From an uncultured cyanobacterium (GTDB taxonomy: Bacteria > Cyanobacteriota > Cyanobacteriia > Phormidesmidales > Phormidesmidaceae), in NCBI GenBank assembly GCA_963793265.1, contig CAWBZI010000001.1, positions 1,664,001-1,728,000 of the forward strand: DNA of 64,000 nucleotides. The letters are read 5' to 3'. This document shows positions 10,331 through 20,476 of this stretch, in pieces. The notes under the pieces were generated by a model. The model saw only the letters and a list, made by a program, of their open reading frames with translations. It was not told the DNA's origin and made no database searches. Made by a program: the position numbers and the translations under genes. Numbering within the stretch: position 1 is the stretch's first letter; the number at the start of each line of letters is the position of its first letter.

Positions 10331-10396
10331 TTACGATGTAATCACACTAAAAGCAGTCATCAGAAGCGCAATCATCAACACTGCTCCGCAAGACAT
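10331..10396 (-). CDS. candidate 21-aa hydrophobic micropeptide
   Basis: MSCGAVLMIALLMTAFSVITS* with perfect AGGAGGT SD (10408-10414) 11 nt upstream. Confidence 0.35.
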   Translation of the reverse strand: MSCGAVLMIALLMTAFSVITS

Positions 10397-10765
10397 AGCT
10401 TTCTTTTACCTCCTCTATCAATAGAAAGAAATCCTGAGTTTTTCGTCATCGGGATCACAAAACGCTACAAAGCGTCATAAAACTTTTCTCATAAAACTAC
10501 CTTGAGTTCAAGTCCTTCGCGCACCTGAACAACCGACGCTAAAAAGCCATGTGCAAGCAGTCTTAAGCGCAGTGCTCAGCTTGATCACACCGGCTTAAAA
10601 TTTACCCAGGAACTTCTAAAAAAACACCAGCACTCCCGTTATTGCGGTGCTATCGTAAAGATATATGAAAAAACTGAGCGTTAGAGCACCTTTACTAAAA
10701 GCCCTGTGGGAGATCAGTTTAGAGAAGTAGCCTATAGGAAGGCATCGATCCAAGAGGAACTAAGC

Positions 10766-10801
10766 ATGAGTGACCGAATGAGTGACCGAATGAGTGACCG
10801 A
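10766..10801 (+). repeat. 12-bp tandem repeat x3 spanning the start codon
   Basis: (ATGAGTGACCGA)3 = MSDR x3. Confidence 0.9.
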
Positions 10802-12361
10802 ATTCTTTACGTCCGCTTGCCTTGCAACCCCATCTTTCCTATTGGCGTTGTTTACCTAGCCGATCACGTCCATAAGCTGTTTCCTGACGTAGAGCAGCAA
10901 ATATTTGATATGGGCACAGTGCCCCCGCTGGATTTTACAGCGGCCCTTGACGAACGGATTGATAGCTTTCAACCGACGCTGCTTGTGTTCTCATGGCGCG
11001 ACATTCAAATATACGCACCTGTTGGCGGTCGCGGCGGCAACCCACTGCAAAACGCCTTTGAGTTTGCCTATGCGCCTAACCCGCTGGTGAGAATGAGGGG
11101 CGCAATTGGTGGAGCCCGGATGACGGCGACCTATATGGCTGAGCTGCGCCGGAACGAAAAGCTAGTAAAGCGTGGGCTTAAGCGAGCTAAGAAGCACCAG
11201 CCGACCGCCAAGGTGGTGGTCGGTGGCGGCGCGGTGAGCGTGTTTTATGAGCAGATGCCGCAGATGCTACCTGAAGGCGCGATTGTTTCAGTGGGTGAAG
11301 GTGAAACGCTATTGGAGAAGCTGATTCGGGATGAGGATTTCTCGAATGAGCGGTGCTATGTGGTGGGCGAAGAGCCGCGCGATCGCCTCATACACGAATG
11401 GCCCACCCCCATTGAAAAATCAGCCTGCGACTACGACTACATTGAGGCGATGTGGCCTGAGTTTGAATACTACTTGCAAGAGCAAGACTTTTATATTGGT
11501 GTACAGACCAAGCGTGGCTGTCCGCACAACTGCTGCTACTGCATCTATACCGTAGTTGAAGGCAAGCAGGTTCGCATTAACCCCGCCGATGAAGTCGTCA
11601 AAGAAATGCGGCAGCTTTACGACCGGGGCATCCGCAAGTTTTGGTTCACTGACGCGCAGTTTATCCCAGCCAAGCGCTACATTGATGACGCCATTGAGCT
11701 ACTAGAAAAGATTCAAGCTTCCGGGATGACAGATATCAACTGGGCGGCCTACATCCGTGCTGACAACCTCACGCCGCGCCTGTGCGAGCTGATGGTAGCC
11801 ACCGGCATGAACTACTTTGAAATCGGTATTACCAGTGGCTCTCAAGAGCTGGTGCGTAAAATGCGGATGGGCTACAACCTCAAAACCGTGCTGCAAAACT
11901 GTCGTGATTTAGTCGCTGCTGGGTTTGACGATTACGTATCGGTCAACTATTCGTTCAATGTGATTGACGAGCGTGATGAAACCATCCGCCAAACCATTGC
12001 CTATCACCGTGAGCTGGAAAACATCTTTGGGGTGGATAAAGTTGAGCCTGCGATCTTCTTCATTGGCTTGCAGCCGCATACGCACCTCGAAGAATATGCT
12101 TTTGAGCACAACATTCTTAAAAAGGGCTACAACCCGCTTGCTATATACCTTCCCTGGGTAGCACTCAAGCTGCTGTGGAATCCTGGCGAACTGGGTGCTT
12201 TCTTTGGAGACGTGTGCTTGCAGGCGATGCGCGAAAACCCGAACGATTTTGGTCGAACGGTGATGGCTATTTTAGAGAGGCGCTTGGGTAAATCGCCCCT
12301 TGCAGAAGCCTTGAGTGCACCAGTTAAAGGCGAAAGCCGTGCATTAGCTGAGGTATCATAG
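10766..12361 (+). CDS. B12-binding-like radical SAM protein (PSII high-light acclimation, Slr0320-like)
   Basis: KRGCPHNCCYC CxxxCxxC motif; N-terminal RLPCNPIFPIGVVYLADH. Confidence 0.88.
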   Translation: MSDRMSDRMSDRILYVRLPCNPIFPIGVVYLADHVHKLFPDVEQQIFDMGTVPPLDFTAALDERIDSFQPTLLVFSWRDIQIYAPVGGRGGNPLQNAFEFAYAPNPLVRMRGAIGGARMTATYMAELRRNEKLVKRGLKRAKKHQPTAKVVVGGGAVSVFYEQMPQMLPEGAIVSVGEGETLLEKLIRDEDFSNERCYVVGEEPRDRLIHEWPTPIEKSACDYDYIEAMWPEFEYYLQEQDFYIGVQTKRGCPHNCCYCIYTVVEGKQVRINPADEVVKEMRQLYDRGIRKFWFTDAQFIPAKRYIDDAIELLEKIQASGMTDINWAAYIRADNLTPRLCELMVATGMNYFEIGITSGSQELVRKMRMGYNLKTVLQNCRDLVAAGFDDYVSVNYSFNVIDERDETIRQTIAYHRELENIFGVDKVEPAIFFIGLQPHTHLEEYAFEHNILKKGYNPLAIYLPWVALKLLWNPGELGAFFGDVCLQAMRENPNDFGRTVMAILERRLGKSPLAEALSAPVKGESRALAEVS

Positions 12362-12410
12362 ATAAAAATGTTTTTCCTTCACTACTCTTTAGTAATCTCT
12401 TAGAAACAGC

Positions 12411-13877
12411 ATGTTGGCGGGCTCAATTCTTCAAAGACTCATGCGTGGCCGAGATGGTGATAGCTCGCCAGTAAAAAGCGATCGCACCTCCGGGCAATCA
12501 GGCAAAGGCGACGCTGCCGAACAAACCTCGGGCCGTACGCCACTTAACTTTGGGGTGTATTACAAAAATACGCTGGTGGCGCTGTGCCATGCCCTAGAGG
12601 ACGCGGTGCTAGCGACTAAAACATCACCGCTAATAGTGACCGCTTTTCAAAAAGGAAAGTGGTACTTGGAAGAAGCCGATCGCTATGCGGCATTGGCCGA
12701 TACAGCAGATAGAGTGATCATCATGGCCGCACCGGGCGCTGGCTTTAGAGAGCACCCAACAGGCAGGCGCGAGAATGTTTCTTTAGTTGATTTGGACGAT
12801 AGCGATCCGGTTGCTCAGGAATGGCACCTGATGATTATGGGCTCTACTTACAGCGCTATGGTGCTGTGTCAGGAGCTGACGGATGAGGAATATGGGCCAA
12901 ACGGGCCGCCTGAGAACGATCTAGAGCGTAAGTTTTATGGGTTTTGGACGTTTGATCCTGCCTTGGTTGCTGAAACCATTGCGATATCTGCTGATCATAT
13001 TGGTCGCTATGCGCCTCAGCTTCAAGCTGAGATAGAAGAGAAGCTCGCAAAGATTGACGATGAGGCTTCGACTAAAACAGAGGAAGTCGGCAACGTTGTT
13101 ATGAGGGTGGTGGAGTATTTGCAGGGGGGCGATCGCCAGGTTGATGCGACTGAATCTTTTAAGTTTGCAGATTCGCTTAGCCAAAACTTAGTTTCTAACG
13201 AATTGCAAGCCTATTTGCGTATGGCTCAGCTAGCTGATCTGGCCGATCCCACCAATCCTTTAGGCGCAGCCGAAGTCGCTTCGCTCTCAGAGATGATGGG
13301 ACAGTTTTTAGATTTACCCGTGTGGCAGATGCAGCGATTAAGACTTGCTAGCCTGCTACACCGCATTGCACCGGCTCAGTTTGACCGTGAAGAAACTGAA
13401 AAAGAAGGGGATAGCTGTCCGCTGCATCCGGGCGCGCAGACGCTGCGGATATTGCCGAGATTGAGGGCGATCGCGCAAATCATTTCCCATCAGCACGAAG
13501 CTTGGGACGGCAGCGGTCAGCCAGCCGGACTCAAAGGTGACACTATTCCGGTAGAGTCTCGCGTGTTGGGATTAGTGGCTACCTTCCAGCAGGAAGTTGC
13601 CCGCCGTCGTCATGAGGCCGACAACGCCTCAACACCTGCGCCCGAGAATGAGTGGCAGCATGTCACGGATGCTTTTGCCACCTGCAAAGCCGAATCCGGT
13701 GAGAAGTGGGATCCTAAGCTGGTAGAAATTCTTGGTTTTCTGGTGACTGGATTACAACAGGGTCTTAGCCTGCCAACAATTCCCCTCAAAATGACATTGA
13801 GCACAGGTCTGCTGAATCCTGAAGTATCCGAAGTTTGGCCGGAGCTGAAGATGTCTGAAGCAGCCCAATCAAAGTAA
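12411..13877 (+). CDS. DICT sensory domain + degenerate HD-GYP-like domain protein
   Basis: YYKNTLVALCHALED / AFQKGKWY / EWHL / RKFYGFWTFDP (DICT); HQHEAWDGSGQPAGLKGDTIP (HD-GYP-like). Confidence 0.85.
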   Translation: MLAGSILQRLMRGRDGDSSPVKSDRTSGQSGKGDAAEQTSGRTPLNFGVYYKNTLVALCHALEDAVLATKTSPLIVTAFQKGKWYLEEADRYAALADTADRVIIMAAPGAGFREHPTGRRENVSLVDLDDSDPVAQEWHLMIMGSTYSAMVLCQELTDEEYGPNGPPENDLERKFYGFWTFDPALVAETIAISADHIGRYAPQLQAEIEEKLAKIDDEASTKTEEVGNVVMRVVEYLQGGDRQVDATESFKFADSLSQNLVSNELQAYLRMAQLADLADPTNPLGAAEVASLSEMMGQFLDLPVWQMQRLRLASLLHRIAPAQFDREETEKEGDSCPLHPGAQTLRILPRLRAIAQIISHQHEAWDGSGQPAGLKGDTIPVESRVLGLVATFQQEVARRRHEADNASTPAPENEWQHVTDAFATCKAESGEKWDPKLVEILGFLVTGLQQGLSLPTIPLKMTLSTGLLNPEVSEVWPELKMSEAAQSK

Positions 13878-13942
13878 GTTTAGATCAAGCCTTGTTAAAG
13901 GGCCTTATGAAAAGCTTAATTCCTATTAAACAGTCTATTTAG

Positions 13943-14587
13943 ATGAGTGAATCCATTAACATCGATGCCCTTCGCAAAGGCGACCTGAAAAAGCTCGCAG
14001 GCGCGAAGCTAGACGATACCGACCTTGCCGGTAGTGACCTTTCTGGCGCACAGCTTGCGGGGGCGACGCTATCAGGCTGTGACCTGAGCCGGGCAAACCT
14101 CAATCGCACTCATTTAGAAGGCAGTAACTTAGTCGGCGCAAATCTATCGGGTGCTGATTTACGCGCAAACTTGTGGGGCGCAAACTTAATGCAGTGCGAC
14201 CTAACGGGCGCTGATTTGCGCGGGGCAAACTTGAGGGGCGCGAACCTGATGGGCGCGAAGCTGACTGGGGCGAGTCTGACTGGCGCGTTTTTGAGCGGGG
14301 CGACGCTAATGAACGCAAACTTGAAAGGGGCTGATATGCGTGGCGCGGACTTGCGGGGTGCAAACCTGAGCGATAGCAACTTACGCAGCGCCGATCTTTC
14401 TCGCGCGGACTTGCAAGGGGCAACCCTCACTGAAGCTAATTTAGAAGAAGCCAACTTGCAGGAGGCCAACTTTACAGGGGCTTCTTTGACACGCGCTAAT
14501 TTGCTGTGTGCAGATTTGAACGGTGCAATTACGATAGGCGCAAATATGACAGGCACTTGCGTTACGGGCACCGTATTGGCCGTTTAG
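13943..14587 (+). CDS. pentapeptide repeat protein
   Basis: Continuous A(D/N)LxG pentapeptides. Confidence 0.92.
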   Translation: MSESINIDALRKGDLKKLAGAKLDDTDLAGSDLSGAQLAGATLSGCDLSRANLNRTHLEGSNLVGANLSGADLRANLWGANLMQCDLTGADLRGANLRGANLMGAKLTGASLTGAFLSGATLMNANLKGADMRGADLRGANLSDSNLRSADLSRADLQGATLTEANLEEANLQEANFTGASLTRANLLCADLNGAITIGANMTGTCVTGTVLAV

Positions 14588-14670
14588 CAATTAGCTGTTC
14601 AACCCATCAGTGATTAAAGTTTTCAGGGCAAGTAGCGTATTAACCATGCCTCGGCTCGCCTCGTTCACTA

Positions 14671-15588
14671 TCAAGCTTTATTGTACTCAGCTTTGGAATC
14701 GGCTATTGACTGGCCCCTGATAACTCTTTGGCCTCTGCGATCGCCCCGAGTCTCGGTCACAATGGTGCACTGCCCATGCTGATCGTCACGCTCGTAATAA
14801 ACCACAACCCAGTCGTCTGTCTTGTTCAGCTCGTGGGCTCTAGCCGTGTTTGAGTAGAGCGCATTGAGCGCCCAGCCGCCTTTATTGAGCTGCATAACCG
14901 GAAGCCAGCGCTTGCCCTCAGGGTTAAACCGACGCGGGGTAATGCGGCGAAGCTGACCGACCTTAGCTAAGTAGCGATATTGCGTATCAACCTCTAGCAG
15001 TAGCTCTGTTGAAGGATGAGATTTGGTGGCGGGCGCTTCTTGCTGCCAGCGATTGATTTGGGTGCGCTGACGAGCGGACTGTTTGAGCCTAGATTCTAGG
15101 GCGGCGCGAATGAGCTTGACGCGGCCTCGGCCAAAGCCAGGAAGACGGCTGAGTCTGCCGTCGTAGGCGGCAAGTTCAAGATCTTCTAGGGTTTCGATGC
15201 CTAGCTCGCGGTAGATACGACGGCCTAAGACTTGGCCGATGCCAGGGACGGTGGTGAAAATGTCTTCGGGGCAGGCATCGGCAAGCATTCGCTCTAGCAG
15301 GCTGAGCTTGCCTGTAAAAGCAAGTTCTTCGATAGAGAGCGCAATGCTGTGGCCGATGCGGGGGAGCTTTTTGAGTCCGGCAGGGCCATCTGCTTTGAGA
15401 ATTTCGACCAGGGAATTATCACACTGTCGCGCAAACTCGCTCGCCTCCCGGTAGGCTCGGATTCGATAGTAATCATCCTCTTGAGCTTCTAGCAAGTCAG
15501 AAACTTGCTCTAGAACATCGGCAATCGTTTCGTTCGTAATAGGTAGATATTGCTTAGGAATATCCAACGGTAAAACAGTTTGCATCAT
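14671..15588 (-). CDS. helix-hairpin-helix DNA-binding protein (PolX-like N-terminus, no polymerase/PHP domain)
   Basis: TNETIADVL..YRIRAYR; HhH motifs LPRIGHS, VPGIGQV, LPGFGRG; distinct C-terminal domain. Confidence 0.8.
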   Translation of the reverse strand: MMQTVLPLDIPKQYLPITNETIADVLEQVSDLLEAQEDDYYRIRAYREASEFARQCDNSLVEILKADGPAGLKKLPRIGHSIALSIEELAFTGKLSLLERMLADACPEDIFTTVPGIGQVLGRRIYRELGIETLEDLELAAYDGRLSRLPGFGRGRVKLIRAALESRLKQSARQRTQINRWQQEAPATKSHPSTELLLEVDTQYRYLAKVGQLRRITPRRFNPEGKRWLPVMQLNKGGWALNALYSNTARAHELNKTDDWVVVYYERDDQHGQCTIVTETRGDRRGQRVIRGQSIADSKAEYNKA

Positions 15589-15798
15589 GGCGTAAATCCA
15601 TCCTCTTTCGGGCGCTCTAAACTGGCTCTGCGTCAGTGGTTTCAGAGATCGTATGTCTTTCTCTATTATCGAACATTTAAAGAAATTCGACAGGCATAAA
15701 GTCAGTATTAAAGTAGAGAAAACCGATCAATCAGTAAGGGGACAACAACAGACAAAAGAAAGACTTTTCAAAAGAAATAAAAAAGAGATTTATGGAAT

Positions 15799-15829
15799 AA
15801 AAAAGCGGGCCGCTAAAGCTAGCGGCCCG
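15799..15829 (-). terminator. intrinsic terminator of ggpS
   Basis: CGGGCCGCTA/TAGCGGCCCG stem followed by T-run on minus strand. Confidence 0.75.
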
Positions 15830-15874
15830 ATAGAATTTAGGTACGTTGACTTTATAAACCCTGTCTATCTTTGT

Positions 15875-17344
15875 CTAGGTGTCAGCAGCACCCAGCAGTT
15901 CTTTAGCCCAGCGGTCTACATCGTAAGCTTTGACTGCTTCGTACATACGGCCCATGCGCTCCTTTTGTTCTTCGAGGCCCATCGCCAACGCTTCATCGAT
16001 AGCAGCGTCCATACTGCTGTCGGCATAGGGATTGGTCAGCACGGCGTCGGGTAGCTCTACAGCTGCTCCGGCAAACTCAGAGAACACCAGAACGCCGTCT
16101 TTACCGCCTCTGGCAACTACGAATTCTTTACCCACCAAATTTAGACCATCGCGTAGGGGCGTAATCCAGGCAATATCGGCAGCGGCATAGAGCGCTAAAA
16201 TCTCTTCGAGCGGCAGGGCAGAGGTGAACAGCAAAATAGGCGTCCAGCTCAGCTTGGCAAAACGACCGTTGATTTTGCCGACCAGGCGCTCGATTTCACT
16301 TTGGGCCGTGCGATAGATTCGCATTCCTGAAGCCGGTTTGGCGACGGCGACCACAAAGTTTATTTTGCCCTGAAGCTCGGGGCGACGGGTGAGCAAACGC
16401 TCGTAGCAAAGCAGCATTTCTTTGGTGCCCTTTACGTAGTCTACGCGCCCGGCAGAGACAATAAGCTGGCGATCGCCCCCCATCTCCTCTCGAATTTCTG
16501 CCACCCGCTCCTGCACTTTTGGCTTCTCAACCACAGAGCGAATGAACTCTACGTTAGTGCCGACCGGGAACGCGCCTAAGTGCACAAGCTGATCTTTGTA
16601 GCGCACTTTTGTGGTCATTTCTGGGGCGGCTAGCGCGGTACCACGAGGGGTAAATTCTTTAGGCACCGGCCCTTTTTCAACAATCTCAATCTCACGAAAG
16701 CCCTGGGCGATTGAAACAAAGTTTTCGACATAGCGAGGAATGTGAAAACCACATACGTCGCAACACAGCAGGCTATCGATAATCTCTTCACGCCAGGGCA
16801 GTACGTTAAACGCATCGGAGCCAGGGAAGGGCGTGTGGTGAAAAAAGATGATTTTGGCGTTGGGCCTTTGCTGACGAATGTAGTAGGGCGTCAGCCACAG
16901 GTTGTAGTCGTGAATCCAGATGAGGGCATCGTCGGCAGCATCTTCGCAGGCGGCGTCCGCAAATTTTTTGTTAATGTCTTGAAAGTTTTCCCAGTCAGAA
17001 GACTCATAGGTGAACTGCCAGGGGAAAGAGTGCAAAATGGGCCAAAAGGCTTCTTTAGACGTGACGTGGTAGAAGTTTTTGACCTGATCGGGGCTGAGGG
17101 GAATACGGCGAACCGAGCTGTTTTCGTTGCCCTCAAAGCTCATGCGCTCTTCAAAGCTGTCCTTTTTTTTAGGATTAATTTGTTTCCAGGCAATCCAGGT
17201 GCTGCTTGCGGCGCTGGAAAAAAAGCTTTTGATCGTGGGAAGAATGCCGTTTGGGCTTTTCTTCTCTTTGTAAACGGTTTTGCCATTTTCTACGACCTCA
17301 TCGTAGGGCTCGCGGTGGTAGAGAATGACCAGGGATGATTTCAT
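15875..17344 (-). CDS. ggpS: glucosylglycerol-phosphate synthase (GT20)
   Basis: MKSSLVILYHREPY..KSPNGI, WIHDYNL, FHHTPFP, GRVDYVKG, DGLNLV, SEFAGAA. Confidence 0.95.
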   Translation of the reverse strand: MKSSLVILYHREPYDEVVENGKTVYKEKKSPNGILPTIKSFFSSAASSTWIAWKQINPKKKDSFEERMSFEGNENSSVRRIPLSPDQVKNFYHVTSKEAFWPILHSFPWQFTYESSDWENFQDINKKFADAACEDAADDALIWIHDYNLWLTPYYIRQQRPNAKIIFFHHTPFPGSDAFNVLPWREEIIDSLLCCDVCGFHIPRYVENFVSIAQGFREIEIVEKGPVPKEFTPRGTALAAPEMTTKVRYKDQLVHLGAFPVGTNVEFIRSVVEKPKVQERVAEIREEMGGDRQLIVSAGRVDYVKGTKEMLLCYERLLTRRPELQGKINFVVAVAKPASGMRIYRTAQSEIERLVGKINGRFAKLSWTPILLFTSALPLEEILALYAAADIAWITPLRDGLNLVGKEFVVARGGKDGVLVFSEFAGAAVELPDAVLTNPYADSSMDAAIDEALAMGLEEQKERMGRMYEAVKAYDVDRWAKELLGAADT

Positions 17345-17663
17345 TAGGATTGTAGACCTCCTAGAGAGTTTTATCGACGTGTTCGGTGAGTACACTAAAT
17401 CGAGGCATTGCTATAGCAGCGTATCACTTTAGACAGCGGAACCTTTGTCTATAAAGGTGTAAAAGGACTTAGCCGGATCAGCATAAAGCTAGAAAAAATA
17501 GGATAGATTATCTACCGGAAGAGAGATTTCTAGTGCCTTTTGATGATAACGACTACTGAATCTTGGCGGAAATGTCGGCAGAGGGTATAAAACTTTTGCA
17601 TTGGGTTTAGAGTGGGAGACGGTGCCTAACGCTGCCATTAAGAATCGACGCCAGGACTATTTC

Positions 17664-20345
17664 ATGACCCCTTCTGACCCTTCCTTTTCTGCGGTTGAGC
17701 TACGTGAGGCTGAAACTGAGGCCATGATGGCTTGGGCCCTCAAGGTTGCTAGCTCTAAGGCAACCTACTTTGAGATTGGACAGCAGCTCGCCTACAGGCT
17801 AGGCGCACATCCAATTGAAGAGGGTTTGGTGGAGCTGGGCTTTTGGGTGCCGGAGCTAGCAGGGCAAATTTCGGCGAATGAGCGCCACGTTTATTTAGAG
17901 GTATTTACGCCTACCGCAGCGGTAGACTTTAGTGCGTCTGAGCAGCAGGTACCGTTTCGGTATGAGTGCGTTGAACTGCCACTACAAGGTGAGTTTGTGT
18001 GGGCGGTGGTGAGTGGAATGCAGGTGGGATCGCGCGATCGCCTCGGCGCTTTGTACTGGCTGCGCTACCGTGATGTCAGCAATGGCCTGATGCAGACGGT
18101 GCGCGATGTCGCTCCCTATTCTCTGCCCTATGGCGTGTTTGCCCCAGCAGAGCTGTATGACTTTGACGCATTGCAAAAGGAGAGAAGCGATCGCAACTAC
18201 TTTACCCAAGCCGCCCAAGCCGATCCGGTGATTCCTGCCGAACAAGGGAACGAACCAGCGCTGCCTCGTACCGCCGCCCCGGTCAATATTTTGCAATTGC
18301 ACATACCCACAGCGTCAGAGGAAGGAACCCTAGCCGGACTAACGCGCGTGTATCGCAAGATTGCAGCAAAGATTCGGGGAGATCAGCCGCTCACGCCTGC
18401 TGAACAGCACTACATCGGCTACGACGCGCTGCAACTACTGCCGACCGAGCCCACCATTGAGTTTCGATCAGAAGACGGCCATCGCGACTTCTTTGACATG
18501 GCCGAAAGAAGCAACCGAGAGGTATACGGCGAAGATGGGCCCGTGTGCACAAACGAGCAGTTGACGGTGACGCTGCGCAAGCCCAACACTCAAAACTGGG
18601 GCTACGACGTGCCCATTTTAGGATCTTCGACCACCAATCCTTCGCTACTCGGAAGCCTGCGACCCGATGAGGTGATTGATTTTGTCGCTGAGCTGCACAA
18701 CTTTCCAGGCAAGCCGATTCAAGTCATTTATGATCTGGTGTACGGGCACTCGGATAATCAGGCGATCGCACTCCTCAGCCGCCAGTATCTAGCAGGCCCG
18801 AACATGTACGGCCAAGATCTGAGCCACACGCTACCCATGGTGCGCGCCACCCTACTCGAAATGCAGCGCCGCAAAATCAACACGGGCGTAGACGGCATTC
18901 GGATCGACGGCGGTCAGGACTTTAGATTTTTCAATCCTTTCTCGGGCCGACTAGAGTACGACGATAACTATCTGCTGGCGATGAGCGATGTGGTGCAAGA
19001 AATCAACGGCGCTAAGCGGCTGATGTTCACCATTTTTGAAGACGGTCGCCCCTGGCCTGATGAAGGTTGGGAAACGAAGTCTACCTATCATGAGCTGGTT
19101 GATTTGCGGCCCGATTCGTTCCAGTGGGGGCCTTTGATTTTTGCGCACAATACGCCCGCGCTGAAAGGTTTTTGGGACTATAAGTGGCCGCGCGTGCAGG
19201 AAGTGATGCTGAAGGGCGATCGCTGGATTACCGGCTGCGGCAACCACGATACCGTCCGACGAGGCAACCAAATTCCGTTAGATACAGACGAGACAAACAT
19301 CAACTGGAATTTGGGTAAAACCCTCCCTGAAGTGCTCAATAACGCCTATGACAATCCAGCAACGACGCTGTGGGTGTATGGATTTAGTCCGGGGTTGCCG
19401 ATGGATTTTCTCAACGCGCTTATGCACAGCGGCTGGGGATTTTTCCGCAACACGGACGATCTATACGGCGTGAAGGTGGCGGCTGAAGAGATGGGCTTTT
19501 TGGACTGGCAAGTAACGGCTGAGTTTTACAACAAGCCTCAATTTTTCACACAGCTCAAACAGCTCGGCTTTAAAAATCTGGACATGCTCAAGCAGTTTGC
19601 GCGAATGCTGACAACGGCAATGGATACCTATGAATATGACCTAGATGTGGTGTCGGGTGACTGCCGAGAACGGGCTTTTGAAGCAGATGGCATGGTAGAA
19701 AAGTTTCCGATGCTCAAAGATTTCTTCGATACCCTAGAAGCGTCTCATCTTAAAGGCTTTGCCCTAGCGTTTATGGAAGATACACACGAGTTTAGCCGGG
19801 TTTCTCACTTCATTAAGGAAGTAAATAAGTCTAACGAGCCGCTGCCTACAGAGTCAGAGCAGACGCCGAAGAAAGTCGTAGCAGACCCTACGAAGGAAGA
19901 GACAGCAAAGAAATCAGCTCAGATTACCGATCCAGCGATCGCCCATCGCGCCAAACGAACCATGCCAGGCAACCGCGCGGCCTTTAACCTGGCGCTGCGA
20001 CAGTATCGACAGGCCAATCCCTGGCTTGCAGATAATCTCAGCGGTACCGATCGCTTCAATCGCATTAGCGAGCTGGGCCATACGTTGTTCTATGGCCTCA
20101 GAACCCGATCAATTCCGGGTGAATCTAGCCCGATTGTGGACTACAAGCAGGTGGCGATGCTCGCGCACATGGGCGGCAGCGATGTGCAAACGGCGCTCTT
20201 TGACTGGCTACAGCTCGATCCGAGTGAGTGGAAGGTGGTGATTACTTCGCCGGGGTTGCAAATTGCTGAGGCGGAAGAATTGAAGGGGCTGATGCTAAAA
20301 GATGGGCAGGCGGTGCTGTTAGAGAAGAAGTCGATTTTGGCTTAG
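17664..20345 (+). CDS. gghA: glucosylglycerol hydrolase (Slr1670-like, GH13-related)
   Basis: RLGAH, NWGYDVP, YDLVYGH, DGIRIDGGQDF, FEDGRPWP, CGNHD; divergent from ggpS, upstream of glpK. Confidence 0.9.
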   Translation: MTPSDPSFSAVELREAETEAMMAWALKVASSKATYFEIGQQLAYRLGAHPIEEGLVELGFWVPELAGQISANERHVYLEVFTPTAAVDFSASEQQVPFRYECVELPLQGEFVWAVVSGMQVGSRDRLGALYWLRYRDVSNGLMQTVRDVAPYSLPYGVFAPAELYDFDALQKERSDRNYFTQAAQADPVIPAEQGNEPALPRTAAPVNILQLHIPTASEEGTLAGLTRVYRKIAAKIRGDQPLTPAEQHYIGYDALQLLPTEPTIEFRSEDGHRDFFDMAERSNREVYGEDGPVCTNEQLTVTLRKPNTQNWGYDVPILGSSTTNPSLLGSLRPDEVIDFVAELHNFPGKPIQVIYDLVYGHSDNQAIALLSRQYLAGPNMYGQDLSHTLPMVRATLLEMQRRKINTGVDGIRIDGGQDFRFFNPFSGRLEYDDNYLLAMSDVVQEINGAKRLMFTIFEDGRPWPDEGWETKSTYHELVDLRPDSFQWGPLIFAHNTPALKGFWDYKWPRVQEVMLKGDRWITGCGNHDTVRRGNQIPLDTDETNINWNLGKTLPEVLNNAYDNPATTLWVYGFSPGLPMDFLNALMHSGWGFFRNTDDLYGVKVAAEEMGFLDWQVTAEFYNKPQFFTQLKQLGFKNLDMLKQFARMLTTAMDTYEYDLDVVSGDCRERAFEADGMVEKFPMLKDFFDTLEASHLKGFALAFMEDTHEFSRVSHFIKEVNKSNEPLPTESEQTPKKVVADPTKEETAKKSAQITDPAIAHRAKRTMPGNRAAFNLALRQYRQANPWLADNLSGTDRFNRISELGHTLFYGLRTRSIPGESSPIVDYKQVAMLAHMGGSDVQTALFDWLQLDPSEWKVVITSPGLQIAEAEELKGLMLKDGQAVLLEKKSILA

Positions 20346-20476
20346 GGACGAGAAGGACTTTGAGGGCTGCGAATAACGATATCTAACAATCGCCTGCCGA
20401 TCAGCGCGATTGGGGGACAGGCGATCTTAAAGTCAAAAGTAGCTGACCTAACTAAGACATAAAGACACCGATCGCC

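Noticed and set aside
14100..14571. Repetitive minus-strand ORFs
   Set aside because: Antisense by-products of the pentapeptide repeat gene
15653..17338. Plus-strand ORFs 15653-16054 and 16742-17338
   Set aside because: Overlap ggpS antisense and its terminator; no recognisable motifs
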